From: Hemiscyllium ocellatum
Lineage: Eukaryota
DNA: 64,000 bases
Assembly (NCBI RefSeq): GCF_020745735.1
Contig: NW_026867487.1
Span: 2,604,001 to 2,668,000, forward strand
Direction of reading: 5' to 3'
Shown: positions 1 to 12,720 of the stretch, one piece after another
Layout: each line of letters starts with the position of its first letter
Position numbering within the stretch: position 1 is the first letter of the stretch
The notes under the pieces: generated by a model
Told to the model about the DNA's origin: nothing
The model's database searches: none
Seen by the model: only the letters and a program-made list of their open reading frames with translations
Position numbers and translations under genes: made by a program

Positions 1-380
1 CCCACTCCCTCCACCAATGAGACTCAGAAATAGCATTGTTCACCATCTACAAGATGCACTTCAGAAATTCACCGAAGATTCTCTGACAGCACCATCCAAA
101 CCCACAACCACTTCCATCCAGAAGGACAAGAGGCAGCAGATACATGGGAGCACCAGCCCCTACAGGTTCCCCTCCAAGCCAATCACCATCCTGACTTGGA
201 AATATATCACCGTTCCTTCAGTGTGGCTGGGTCAGAATCCGGGAATTCCCTCCCTAAGGGACATTGTGGGTCAACCTACAGCATGTGGACTGCAGCAGTT
301 CAAGAAGACAGCTCACCACCATCTTCTCAAGGGGACAACTAGGGATGGGTAATAAATGGTGCCCATGCTACATGAGTGAG
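1..380 (+). mobile_element. LINE (L2/CR1-group) 3' fragment
   Basis: Same 3'-end sequence (ggactgcagcagttcaagaagacagctcaccaccatcttctcaaggg...gggatgggtaataaat) recurs at ~16690-16833, ~35190-35460 and ~56450-56800. Confidence 0.65.
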
Positions 381-789
381 TAAGAAAGGTCGCAATCACA
401 GATTACAAGTCAGACAAATCAGTTTTGCTGTCAGTTGTTTAATGTGACTCACTGTCTCATAACCAGGTTGAATGCCTTCTGGTCTCCATGGAGTGTCCAT
501 ACCACTACAGCAGGCTTCCTTGCAAGGTCTGATGGATCTTTTAGGATCAGGTTTTGACTGATCGGACCAGTTTACCAAATCTGATTATAGCTGCATTGTT
601 ACAAATGTCTTTATCAAGCTGTATTTTGGATCAATGCCCAGACTTTGACTCAGGACTTTATAACTTTCCAGCTGGGACCAGGAGCTCAGAAAGTTGTATT
701 GCCTGCCCAATTCCAGGGTGAAGGGCATTTCCTGGTTAGCAGAGACAAACCTGAATAAAGTGAGATGGATGTTTCTCTACATGGACTGA

Positions 790-2260
790 TGTTATCAAGG
801 GAGAGGAAATGGAACCAAGCAGTGGAAATCAGGATGTAACTCAGCCATGATCGAATTAGGGAACTACAGACTACTGAGCCTGAAATTGATGGTGGGCAAG
901 TTGTTGGAGGGAATCCTGAGGGACAGGATGGACATGTATTTGGAAAGCCAAGGACTGTTTAGGGATAGTCAACATGGCTTCGTGCATGGGAAATCATGTC
1001 TCACAAACTTGATTGAGGTTTTTGAAGAAGTAACAAGGAGAATTGATGAGGGCAGAGTGGTAGATGTGAACTATATGGACTTCAGTAAGGCATTCAACAA
1101 GGTTCCCCAATGGAGATTAGTTAGCAAGGTTAGATCTCATGGAATACAAGGAGAACTCGCCAGTTGGATACAGAACTGGCTCAAATATAGAAGACAGAGG
1201 GTGGTGGTGGTGGATTGCTTTTCAGACTGGAGGCCTGTGACCAGTGGAGTGTCACAGAGTGGGTGCTGGGTCCACTACTTTTCATCATTTATATAAATGA
1301 TGTGGATGTGAGCATAAGGGGTATAGTTAGTAAGTTTGCAGATGACACCAAAGTTGGAGGTGTAGTGAACAGCCAAGAAGGTTACCTCAGATTACAACAG
1401 GATCTGGACCAGATGGGCCAATGGGCTGAGAAGTGGCAGATGGAGTTTAATTTAGATAAATGTGAGGTGCTGCATTTTGAGAAAGCAAATATTAACAATA
1501 CTTTTTTACTTAATGGTAAGGTCTGAGGGAGTATTGCTGAATAAAGAGACTCTGGAGTGCAGGTTCATAGCTCCTTGAAAGTGGAGACAGAGGTAGATAG
1601 GATAGTGAAGAAGGCATTTGATATGTTTTCCTTTATTGGTCAGAGCACTGAGTACAGGAGTTGGAAGGTCATGTTGTGGCTGTACAAGGCATTGGTTAGG
1701 TCACTGTTGGATTAATGCGTGCAGTTCTGGTCTCCTTCATATTGAAAAGATGTTGTGAAACTTGAAAGGGTTCAGAAAAGATTTACAAGGACGTTACAAG
1801 GAGGATTTGAGGATAGGGAGAAGTTGAATATGTTAGGACTGTTTTCCCTGAAGCATTGGAGGCTGAGAGGTGACCTTATTGAGGTTTATAAAATCATGAG
1901 GGTTATGGATAGGATAAATAGACAAAGTCTATCTTCTGGGGTGTGGGAGTTGATGTCTGAGAGGGCATAGGTTTAAGGTGAGAGGGGAAATATATAAAAG
2001 AGACCTAAGGGGGCAACGTTTTCACAGAGAGGGTGGTACATGTATGGAATGAGATGCCAGATGAAGTGGTGGAGGCTGGTACAATTGCTACATGTAAAAG
2101 CCATCTGGATGGGTATGTGAATGGGAAGAGTTTGGAGGGATATGGGCCAGATGCTGGCAGGTGGGACTACATTGGGTTAGGATATCTGGTCGGCATGGAT
2201 GAGTTGGACTGAAGGGTCTGTTTCTGTGCTGTCCATCTCCGTGATTCTATGACTATGTGC
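790..2260 (+). mobile_element. CR1 LINE ORF2 (RT) 3' fragment, frameshifted
   Basis: ORFs 847-1296 and 1215-1526 carry QHGF..GKSCLTNL, YMDFSKAFNKVP, VLGPLLFIIYIND, KFADDTK and KWQMEFN, which are CR1 RT motifs. A CR1 3' UTR with (gattct)n-like tail follows. Confidence 0.9.
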
Positions 2261-3335
2261 AGTCGAGGTGGGTTGGACATGCTGAATTTTCCATAGTATC
2301 CAGGGATTTGCAGGCTAGGTGGGTTAGCCATGGGAAATGTGGGTTATGGAATGAAGTGGACCTGGGTAGGATGCCCTTTGGAGGGTCGGTGCAGAATTGA
2401 TGGGTCAAATAGCTTCGACTTGCACATTAGGGATTCTATGACCCATGTTCTGGATAGCAGGTCATCAAATTCACAAGAACACAAAATGTCTCTTTGGGAC
2501 TTCGCAAGAGTGCTGTAGAGGACAGACGGCGTGATTGTTCTCTCCCATTCAGGAAGAGGTTTTGCAGGCAGTCTCCCAGAGTCTGTTCCAACAGACAAGG
2601 GTTTAAATGGTCTGTTTCTTCCCCAAAGGTCTGGGCAGCATTCAGGAGACAGGGCTACGGTCCACTTCCCAAATTCCCTCAAACACCGCAAATTTCCTGT
2701 CCATCTGTGGCCGGGTGGTAACCACTGCCCCGATCTCAGAGGTTGTTATCAGAGTTTCACATAGACAATCTGTCTTGGACTGAAAACAAAAAAAATGCTG
2801 GATATCACAGCGGGTCAGACATGCATCCATGGGGAGAAAGAGAGTAAGCTAATGTTTCGAGTGGAGTTGACTCTTCATCATAGAATCATAGAATCCCTAC
2901 AGTGTGGAAACAGGCCATTCGGCCCAATGGTTTCATACTGACCCTCCGAAGAGCATCCCACACAGACTCCCATTTCCCCTCCCCTATCCCTGTAACCCTG
3001 CATTTCCCATGACTAACCCACCTCGAGGCGAATGGTCCAGGGTCAGTAAGGAAATGAAGGGATAGGGCAGTGGCAGAAAACATGCACATCTGTCTCCCCA
3101 TGGAACAGATAGAGCCCTTTCCTCCATGTGGGGCCTTGTGGGATGGCCCAGCCTCCCTTGTGAGGCCCCCTCTCCCGCCAGTGGCTGACCAACCACCCAA
3201 CCTGTGGGGGAAAAGCTTCTCAGGTGGGCTCCCGGGGATGCTGCAGACCAGCCAGCACCAGGAACAGCTTCCTAGAGCCTGCCCTGCCTTTGATAGTCAT
3301 GGCTCATTCTATTCAAGGAAGGATGTAAACGCCAG

Positions 3336-4070
3336 TGTTATGACATGGGATAAATACCTCTGTTAATTTAAACCAGCAACACAGAAAAGATTCACCCCGT
3401 GCTGTCATCTTAAAATCCGAGAGACAAAGAGTTATCCCAGAGGTCACTATTTAAAGAAAAAAATTAACAACTTTAATCTTGAAGTCCAACAGAGAATATT
3501 GAAAATAACAACTATTTCCAACTCTTTTCTCTCAAACCTATCTTTTACCTCCCACCCTACAATGCTGGTCTGATTAAAAAAATGTTGATTAAGATTCAAC
3601 AAAAAATAATGTTTCAAAACCATTCAGCTTTGCTGAGTTTCCTCTGTAGATTTTCCTCTGTAGATTCTCTCCAGGTCGGTTTTGATGTTCTGTGGGCAAA
3701 CTCCTACCCCAGACAGATAGCTCTCAGGGACCTCTTAAACTAGCAACCTACATCTGTTGGTCTTTTGGCAGTTCTCTCTCTCAACTGTTCAAAATGTCCG
3801 GTTTCATACCTGAAAACATTGGATCATTTCATTGGTTTTAATATTATCAAAATATAAAATACAAACTTGATTGGATTTTGGTATCTTGGAATATTATTTC
3901 AACTGATTGGCCAAATTTGAATTTATTATTGTCTCATGGCAACCCATCTGCTCTATTTGTGGCACCTGTGTGTTACATTGTTGCCTTGTTCAGAACACTT
4001 TGTGCTGTGTCAGACAGTTTTGCTCGCCTTTCAACTCTGAAAGGTACTGTACCTCAACACCTTTGTAACA
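3336..4070 (-). mobile_element. 3' LTR of Gmr1-like Gypsy element
   Basis: On the - strand it runs TGTTAC...ATAACA and is preceded by a purine tract (gaaggagggagg, 4071-4082). It is similar to 14746-15476. Confidence 0.7.
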
Positions 4071-6949
4071 CCTCCCTCCTTCAGAAAAAAATGAACCATC
4101 ACAATGAAAGAATGGTTTCATTTTTTTCTCGAATACTTAACTACAATATCATGACATACATATGACTTTGATTAAAGTTCATATTAACTTCTTCCCACAT
4201 AAATATAACATTGAATAAATATCAAACCCATCTATACTTTATCAGTTCATTCAGCGATAACGCATCTACGATTACATTCTTCCCACCTGCAACATGTACG
4301 ATATGTAAATTAAAAGTCTGTAACATAAGACCCCAATGAAATAGTCACATATTCTTGTTTTTAAAGTGCTCCAAGAACTAAGAAGATTGTGATCCGTGTA
4401 CACAACTGCCTCCAACACATTGTTTGTGACATAGACATTAAAATGTTGGAAGGCCAGTACCAAACTTAATTGTTCTTTTTCGATCATGGAGCATTCCCTC
4501 TGGTGGATGTTGAGTTTCTCTGAAAAGTAACCAACTGCCAGTTCAATCCCATCATCATCTTCCTGTAGCAGGATGGTTCCAACACCTATGTCACTAGCAT
4601 CGATGGCAACTTTAAAAGGCTTTGAAAAGTTTGGTGGAGCTAAAACTGGTGTGGTGGTTCATATTGTTTCCAAACGGTTTGTGCCTCCTGGCATTGTTCT
4701 GTCCACTGAAACTTTGTGTTCTTCTTCATCAAACCAATTCACGGTGCCATGACAGTGCTGAAGTTTGGAAAACACTTCCGATACAATCTGCTGAGTACCA
4801 AAAATCGAAGCACCTCTTTCTTAGAGGTTGGTCATGGAAAGTCCTCGATAGCCTTTGTCGTTGCGTTCCGTGGGGTCAACCTTCCATGACCAATGTTATC
4901 TCCCAAGAACGTCACCTCTACTTTCGTGAATTCAGCTTTGTTCAAGTTTATGATCAGTTTTGCTTCTCGTAGTCATTTAAAGAGCTTTGCCAACTGTACC
5001 ATGTGCACTTTCCAGGATTTACTACATCGTCCAAACAGACTACACAGTTTGTAACCCAGCCACAACGCTGTTCGTGAGTCTTTGGAATGTGGCAGGTGTG
5101 TTTTTCATTCCAATAAGCATCATGTTAAATTGATACAGCCCATTTGGGGGGTTACAAACACAGACATTTCTTTTGCCGATTCTGGTAAAGGTACCTGCCC
5201 ATAACCACGCAATAAGTCCAACTTGGTGATGTAGCTGGCTTGTCCAATGTTCCAGATACAGTCCTTCAATCTTGGAACTGGATATGAGTCCAATTTTGTA
5301 ACAGCGTTGACCTTCTGATAATCCACGTAAAACCGTCGAGTCCCGTCCGGTTTGGGAACTAAGACGATTGGTGAACTCCACTGGCTCTGGCTCAGTTCAA
5401 TGATATCATTATCGAGCATGGCCTCCCCCTCCTTCTGGACCTGTCTGGCTTTGAAAGGATGAAGTCAATAGGGGTGTTGTTTTATCAGAGCAGTATTCCC
5501 TACGTCTACTTCATGTACAAAGCATGAGTCCTCCCCATCTGATTCTTACATATGTCCTTGTACTGCAGTAACAAACCTTTTAACTATGTTCTATGCTCCT
5601 GAGACAGATAGTTTACTAACTTATCCCACTCCTCATGGACTTCTTCATTTTCATCTATTTTGAGGCACATCACAATCCGCCCCATCTGGTTTGATTCTTT
5701 ACTCTGCAGTACAGCAACTGATATTTGTTTCTCCAGTTCTTTCTCTCTAGTATAATATGTTTCAACATGTTCACATGACATACCTGATACTGTTTTTTTG
5801 CTATCTGGCATCTTTAATAGATAGTCCTTTTTCTCAATTTTTTTCTAATTTCATAAGGACTACAAAACCTGGCTTTGAAGGGAACTCCTATCACTGGTAA
5901 CAGTCCAACACATCATCCCCTCAGGAAAATGGCTGAGTCTCAGTGCTTTTATCTGCCACCTGCTTCATTCTATACTGTGCCCTCTTTAGGTGCTGTTTAG
6001 CTAACTCACCTAGTCGATTTAATCTCTCTCTCACCTCCGATACAGAATCTAAGTGTGAGATCTCTGACTTTGGTTCTGTCAATTTTTCTTTAATTAATTT
6101 CAAAGGGCCTCTCACTCCATGCCTGAATATTAACTCGAAGGGAGTGAACTGAATAGATTCATTTGGGGCATCTCTAATGGCAAACAATACGAGTGGGATA
6201 AAGGTATCCCAATCATTCGGGTAATCCTGACAGTGTGCTCTTAACATGGTCTTCATGGTCTGATGCCACCTTTTGAACGCTCCCTGGGATTCAGGATGAT
6301 ATCCACAGGATTTAAAGTGCTGTAAATCTAATCTCTCCATAACCTCCTTAATCAGCCAAGCAGTAAAATGTGACCCTTAGTCCGACTGAATCTCTCTGGG
6401 CAGCCCATATCATGTGAAGAAAGCTACTAACTCCTCTCCCACCCTTTTTGCTTCGATATTCCATATTCGAATTGCCCCCAGATATCTGGTAGACACATCC
6501 GTTACGGGGAACAAGGACTGGTTCCCACTTTTAGTTCTTGGGAGGGGAACCTGCACAATCAATTATAACCCGTGTAAAATGTTCTTCAAATGTGGGAATT
6601 TGCATCAAAGGTGCTGTGTTATTACCGCCTGTGGCTAACCCCCCATTTGGCATGTATGACATCTACGGCTAAAGTTAACCACCTCCTTATGCATTCGAGG
6701 CCACTAAAAATGTGTTTGTACCTCAGCCTGAGTCTCTCGTACCCCTCGGTGACCTCTGACAGGTAGTTTAAGTATTACCCATAACACCACATCTCTGTAT
6801 GCGACCGGCATCACAATCGGGTGCACTTCCGCCCATTTCTCCTCTGCACTAACCTGCTGTGGGCTTCATTTCCATCTCAGGATTCTATCTTTCGGATAAT
6901 AACCCTCAGGAATGTTCGCTGCATCTTTTTTGGAGTACGCATCCATTGA

Positions 6950-7725
6950 CAGGGGAACCTCGACTATCCGAATACCAATTATCCGAAAATCGGATTAACC
7001 GAAGGAGATCTCGAGGTCCTGATGGAAATATTACATGAAAGAGTTTCCAGCAATGATTGTGTCTTTTGTTTACAGTGATTAAACAGGCACTGTCTCTAAA
7101 TGACTGACCTCCTGCCCTCTCTCTCTCCCCACACTTTCCCTGGAGTTCTGCAGAGGGGTGTACCCTAACCATTCCCCCGCTTCCCAGGAATAATCTCTCC
7201 AACATTGTCCTGTGGGGGGTGTGTGTGTGTGTGTGGAGACTTACCCCACAAAGGCAACTGCAGCAGCAACAGTCTTGTTGTTGCTGTGCACTCTGGATGC
7301 CCCGGAAAGGGGCTGGGTGTGGACGGGGGGAGGGGAGCGCGGTGGCAGGGGGCTGCGATAGGGGCGGGGGTTCACGCACCTTGTGCTGGGGGGCAGGGTT
7401 GCGGGGTTGGACGTGGTTCTGTGGGTCGGAGGTTGGATGGGTTGGAGGGGCGGGGTTGGACAGGGTTCTCGCATTAGGCGTGGTTGGGGGGGCAGTGCAG
7501 GATGGGAGGGCAGGTGGGGGAGTGTTGGACGGGGGAGCAGGCAGGGAGCAGTGTTGGGGGCAGGCGGGGGCTGCGTTGTGTGCTGCTGCCAGTCTCCTGA
7601 ACGGGGGAGCAGACTTTAAAAACTCCAAGCTCCTGAGGAAAGGCATTTAATGGATTTTCCGAATTTTCGATTATCCAAACGAAATCGTGCCCGCCCATCT
7701 CGTTCAGATAATCGAGTTTCCACTG
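6950..7725. mobile_element. Non-autonomous Tc1/mariner-pogo (Tigger-like) element inserted in the Gypsy integrase region
   Basis: Imperfect TIRs cagggGAACCTCGACTATCCGAA (6950-6972) and TTCAGATAATCGAGTTTCCACTG (7703-7725), followed by TA. Gypsy sequence (KTIKEIY|..DAYSK) resumes on both sides. The interior is GC/G-rich with no transposase. Confidence 0.7.
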
Positions 7726-8106
7726 TATATCTCCTTTATTGTCTTGTCATTCCATTGCACGTCCCTCAGCCTTTCAGGAGTAAACACTTCTATCTGATCC
7801 TCTCCCTGTTCAGGTCTTTCCTGCACCATTACGTCAAACAGGCTGTCCACAAACTGAACCTCAACTCCTTCATCTTTCTCTTTCGTTCTTGCTTCATGCT
7901 GTGATTTATGATAGTGGGATCTGGTTACTACACAGAGTGGGAAAATACCAGGATATTTCTGTTTCGACTCCTCAGTTTCTTGGTCTTCCTTGGGCTTCTC
8001 TATAACAAGGGATGTCACTCCCACCTTGGATCCTGCTAAACCATTCCCAAGAACAAACTGAATTCCTGGAACTTATATTTGTCAATGACTTCCACTGTTA
8101 CTTCCC

Positions 8107-8404
8107 CAGCAGTGGTTAGCACTGCTGCCTCACAGCACCTGAGACCCGGGTTCAATTCCCGACTCAGGCGACTGACTGTGTGGAGTTTGCACGTTCTCCC
8201 CGTGTCTGCGTGGGTTTCCTCCGGGTGCTCCGGTTTCCTCCCACAGTCCAAAGATGTGCGGGTCAGGTGAATTGGCCATGCTAAATTGCCCGTAGTGTTA
8301 GGTAAGGGGTAAATGTAGGGGTATGGGTGGGTTGCGCTTCGGCGGGTCGGTGTGGACTTGTTGGGCCGAAGGGCCTGTTTCCACACTGTAAGTAATCTAA
8401 TCTA
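8107..8404 (+). mobile_element. HE1/V-SINE-type tRNA-derived SINE
   Basis: tRNA-like head (gtggttagcactgc...gggttcaattccc), V-domain tgtgtggagtttgcac..tctccccgtgtctgcgtgggtttcctccggg and (taatc)n tail. Copies at ~44515-44740 and 55856-56163. Confidence 0.85.
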
Positions 8405-11391
8405 AGAACTTGAGTTGGAACTCTAACCTGAGCTGACATCGGGGAGTGCGAAACTTCTGTCCATCTATCCCACAAATGACCACATTCTCAGGTGAACAGA
8501 TGAATAGAGTGCGCATTAGCTTATCTCTTCCTATCAGCGACTGGTTAGATCCTGTATCTCTCAAAATTATAACTTCTTGCCCTTCTCGCCCTGTTCTTTG
8601 AGTAAATTTTACCCACAGAGGCAAATTCTTTGTAGAGATCAGGTACTAACTCCATCCCCAGCCCCTGCCGAGGCTGTGCACTCTCCTGCAGCTCCTCAGG
8701 TCCAAGTGTGCTGCTGACCCTTAAAGATGAGAACAAACACATATTGAGACTCAGCTGCCCGGGTGTAGTGGCTGCACTATTCTGTTGATCTGTTGGAGAT
8801 CCTGCACTACCCTCCACTCTGGATGTCCTAGCTTTGAGACCGGTGGAATGGGGGTGTTGCAGGGTGATTGGCAGGAGACTAGATCACCCTGTTGGAGGAA
8901 CGAGTCTATCAAAGCTGATGTCCCCTCTCTGGCTTCTGGTCTGAGGGGGTATTGAGGTATCGAAGGCAGTTCTGCTCCTGGTGTAATTTGGATCTTGGTA
9001 GGATCCACAGGGGTGCACCCCACTTCATGCTTCGAGGCCGACCAGAGGTCAGGAAAGGGTCCTTCTGAGGGGTCATGTCGGGGTTGTTGTGGTGAAGTAA
9101 ACCCGCCACAGTGTAAGGGCTAGAGAAACAAGTTAACTTCCTGTTGGTCAGCATTTGGGTCTGGTCAGCGGTCTTGGGATCTGACTGTTGCCGTGTGCTA
9201 AAAATCCCAGGGCCTTTACTTTTTTGTCCTCGTTTACAGATAAGATAATGTGGGGAAAAACCAGCTCTGGTTGGTACCAGAGGTGGACAGGAACATCTAC
9301 TAAGAAGGTGGTTCCCTGTTTACCTTCAATGTGTTCCATTACAGTAACAGTGACAGTGAACGCGAGGAAGGGGACAAAGGTGGCTGCTCAGTGGAGGCTC
9401 CAGTGGAATGGTAACAAAGGGTTACGTGGGGATCAGGGACTTGGAGAGGAGGTGGAAAATCCTTTGGCTGTAATGTGACAGCCCACCATTGGGGGGTGCA
9501 ATAGACCCAGAACTGTCTGTTGGTAGAATTCTGTCTAATTGTAATGCCCTCATTAAGGCAGAGAATCTCAACCCGAAGGGCACACAGCAAATCCCTCCCT
9601 GCTTGGTTAATGCCGAAATTAGGGGTTTGAGTGAATTGGACAGCACAGGCACACAGCACAGGGGGCCAAACTGAATCATGAGTGGTTCTGTTCAGGGACA
9701 CTGCCTTTCCTGTCCACTTAGACCACTCAGGTGTACAGAGCTGTATGTGAGCCCAAACCCTGTGTTGGCGCACACAGGAGGGCTCAAGTGTTGAGGCAGT
9801 GGTACCGGTATCAATCATGAAGGGGATTTCTTTACCCTCAACAGTCAAGCAGACTACCGGTTCATCCTTGGGGTCTTCAGACAGGACAGGGTAGAGCTGA
9901 AAGGAGGATAATCAGGCTGGGAAAGGGGCAGCAGAGCAAACTCACCCCCTGCCTGGGGTCCTGTATCGCAGGTGTAACAGTGGGCAGTCTCACCGCCAAT
10001 GACCATCCACACCACAGTGAAAACAGGTCTGCATTGGCCGTGTCATTGTCCGTGAGGTGGGGGGGGGGGGGCACCACGGGGTCGAGGGCAGCCGTATTAG
10101 TTGTGGAAAGTGGGTGGAGGGGTGTCAGGGGAACGATGAAAAGTTGCACTGGGGCCATTCGGGTGAGTGGCATATGCATGGTCATATCCATCGACCCACC
10201 CCTGGGACAATGGTGGGGGTCCATTGGGTGGTTCCTGAGGGAGTCAGGGCCTGTAACAGGGACATTAGAATCTTTGTGAGGGGATGTGGGAGGGTGCTGA
10301 ATAATTTCATGCTTGACTGTTGCCTGTTTAGGGTCTTTCAGACAATGTCAGTAATAAGTGAGTGCTCTGCTCATTTGTTGGCGGGTGTTATCCGGCCAGT
10401 CCATATTATTGGTTTGAATAGCAGTACCTACCCGCTCTGGGATACACTGTAAAAGTAGGACATTAAACCTGGGGCGAGGGATTTCCTGCATGACAAACGG
10501 TGTCCCCTGTACAGGTGGAGTATGTGGAGCAAAGCCGATCTGAACTGGCCTCCTCCTGCTTTGGGCTGCACTCCAATACCCTAGTTATATATACCTGGTG
10601 TTGCAGGGGTCTCTGGTGAGCCCCCCTAACCACCAGGATCTGGTCCCTGAGCTGGGGAACAGATCTGGAAAAGGCCCCCCAACCATTGTAACCCCCTAAC
10701 TGGGGTTTCCATCTCGAACCCTCGCTTGGGGTCAAAGCCAAGCAGCAGAGACTGAAGAGGTCCTGAGGTGTGGCTAGATACATTTGAGTTGTCCCTGTAA
10801 CATAATCAATGAAATCCTCTGGACTCGTCTTTCGGTTTTGTTGGGGGGTGGGGGGAAGTGCGTGGGACATAATCTAGCACATCTGTTGGGCTTTCCAGGG
10901 GGTGTAAATGTCTGGTGGCCTGTCCCACTGAGCCAGGGTTTGGGTTAGGGACTGTCCAGGTAGGGAACTCTCTCTGTTCATGTTTATGGGCGGCGTTGCC
11001 TGTTCTGTTTGGGTTAAGCAGGCCAGGGTTAGCTATTTGATTTGTGACCTCTCTGGGCCAGTCGTTGCTGTAATAGTGGGGCCTGTCATGTTCACTCCCA
11101 CTGTCTGTGACGGGGTTATAGGATGGTGTGACCTGTTCTCTGTGCGTCTGAAAAGGGCCTGTCTCTTTGTCTTTTTTAGTGTTGGATTGCGGCCTGAAAG
11201 CAACTGGGTCAGAGAAACTTTGAGGAGCCTGGTTCTGGTCAGGACGTGGGGGGGATCTGAACTTCCCTGTGGCAGAGGGATAGAGTGTGGGGAGACAGGC
11301 AGCAGTGGGGGTGGTGGGTGTCACGGCGCTAGCAGGGGCAGTAGGGTATAGCGGCCGATATGGGGTTCAGGCAGTGCACGAGCTGGGATTT

Positions 11392-11565
11392 TGGATTAGT
11401 GGTGCTGGAAAAGCACAGCAGCTCAGGCACATCCGAGGAGCAGGAAAATCGATGTTTCGGGCAAAAGCCCTTCTGAAGGGACGTCGGTTTTGCTGCTCCT
11501 CAGATGCAGCCAGCACCATTAATCCAGAATCTGGTTTCCAGCATCTGCAGTCATTGTTTTTAACT
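11392..11565. mobile_element. Short palindromic Penelope-derived element inserted in ERV gag
   Basis: 11-bp TSD agctgggattt at 11381-11391 and 11566-11576. The interior is a self-complementary gctggaaaagcacagcag...ttttgctgctcctc sequence related to 34990-35185. Confidence 0.7.
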
Positions 11566-12321
11566 AGCTGGGATTTGCCAATCCTCCTCCTGCTCATCAG
11601 TGTCAATTTGGAACAACATCAGCAGACCAGACATGTCTGGAGGTACCTCCGTTTTGCTCTCGGCCAGTAGCTGGGTTTCACATTTTAACCCTGGTATGTT
11701 GGTCTGTCTAGAGCCTTTTAGCTTTTCTGGGTTTCTCTCATTTCGATCATGGTCCTCGCACTGTGTCTTTAACACTGCCCAAGGTTTAGGGTTACCCTCG
11801 TTATCATATAATCTAATCCCTGTCTGGTGTGTGCTGTTCTCCCAGCTACTCTACTTAGATTTGCCTTTTAATTCCTCGGCTGCTTTTCGCCACGGGGTTA
11901 TTAAAGTTTCCCACCGAGTGCCCACACTTCCAGATTGCCTCTTCACCCTTTAAAGATTTCTCTCTGTCCCACGTCCCTCCTAGTGGCCAGGTTCCATTGC
12001 CCAATGTCTTATTTAAACACACTGAGAGACCCCTGAACCTTTCCTCATTCTGGGGGTCACCTCGCTATAATCCATACAAAGGGGTTCCAGCCCCTGACCT
12101 ATCTAACACTTGCCCCCATGTTATTATGTATATATTTCTTTCTCTAGCTGACCTTTATGGAACTGTACTGGCAGCCTCTGTACTCACTTCAGGTTCCTGA
12201 CCTTCGTGTGGGGGATCTCCCCTCTTCACAACCGGTCTAAGGCAGGGTGCTGAGACAGACACAGTGACTCTGTTTTACCTGGTGTACTGTATCCCGGGAC
12301 ACCGAACTCCCGCTTTCCCAA

Positions 12322-12495
12322 GGGACTCTAACCATGGGGACTCTAACCCTGATTTATACTGGGGCTCAATTCAACTCTGGGACTGTAACCCCCATTCAAC
12401 CCCGGGGACTCTCACCCTGATTTAACCCTGGGGACTCTCACCCCCATTCAACCCCGGGGACTCTCACCCCCATTCAACCCTGGCGACTCTAATCC
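12322..12495. repeat. ~26-bp imperfect tandem repeat in ERV leader
   Basis: ggggactctcacccccattcaacccc-like units, about 6-7 copies. Confidence 0.75.
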
Positions 12496-12700
12496 TTTTA
12501 AAACCCAGCTTCATGCAAAGCGACCCATCAGTGTGCAAGTGCAGGAGTTAGCTCAAAGATTCCATCACCATCGGGTCCCAGGAGACAAGGAGAGAGAGAG
12601 AGATCAAGGTGAAGCTCATCTTGTGGGCCCATCACTCTCACACAGCCAAAACTCAGGCGCTTGTTTATTCAGCCCACCTGGGAGCTCCGTGTATGTTGGA

Positions 12701-12718
12701 ATCCCACCGCTGCCACCA
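12701..12718 (-). promoter_or_regulatory. ERV primer-binding site, tRNA-Leu
   Basis: - strand TGGTGGCAGCGGTGGGAT is complementary to the 3' 18 nt (..ATCCCACCGCTGCCA-CCA) of vertebrate tRNA-Leu(AAG/TAG). It lies 2 nt after the LTR end (..GAACA). Confidence 0.85.
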
Positions 12719-12720
12719 TA

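Larger units (their letters stand above)
4071..8700 (-). mobile_element. Gmr1-like Gypsy pol remnants (PR-like, integrase, RT, RNase H), decayed
   Basis: RNase H ~4270-4700 (IEKE..LVLAFQHF). RT ~5040-5500 (WSSPIVLVPKPDG, GMKNTPATFQRL). Integrase ~5920-6650 (YHPESQGAFKRWHQT). Protease-like ILRDTGSNQSL ~8500-8620. Many stops and frameshifts. Confidence 0.85.
8751..12720 (-). mobile_element. Class I (epsilon/gamma-like) endogenous retrovirus, internal leader-gag-pro-partial RT, 3'-truncated
   Basis: MA-like MGAS.. from ATG 12119 and WPLGGTWD (~11970). CA-like ORF 10463-10870. Zn knuckle CFHCGVDGHWR*DCP (10025-9981). Protease MIDTG (ORF 9339-9848). RT N-terminus QYPL, SPCNTPI, EWRVVQDLQQIN (ORF 8751-9023). 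Confidence 0.88.

Noticed and set aside
2848-2880. Fifth hammerhead core (- strand)
   Set aside because: The first core nucleotide is lost where an adjacent SINE tail joins (AUGAUGA instead of CUGAUGA), so the core is broken.
6906-7650. 246-aa and overlapping ORFs as a transposase or host gene
   Set aside because: Low-complexity GC-rich MITE interior with no DDE or HTH motifs.
8107-8170. tRNA genes here and at ~55860
   Set aside because: These are the tRNA-derived heads of SINEs, continuing into the V-domain and tail.
12699-12718. tRNA-Leu gene
   Set aside because: Only the 3' 18-20 nt match, including CCA, next to an LTR end; this is a PBS.
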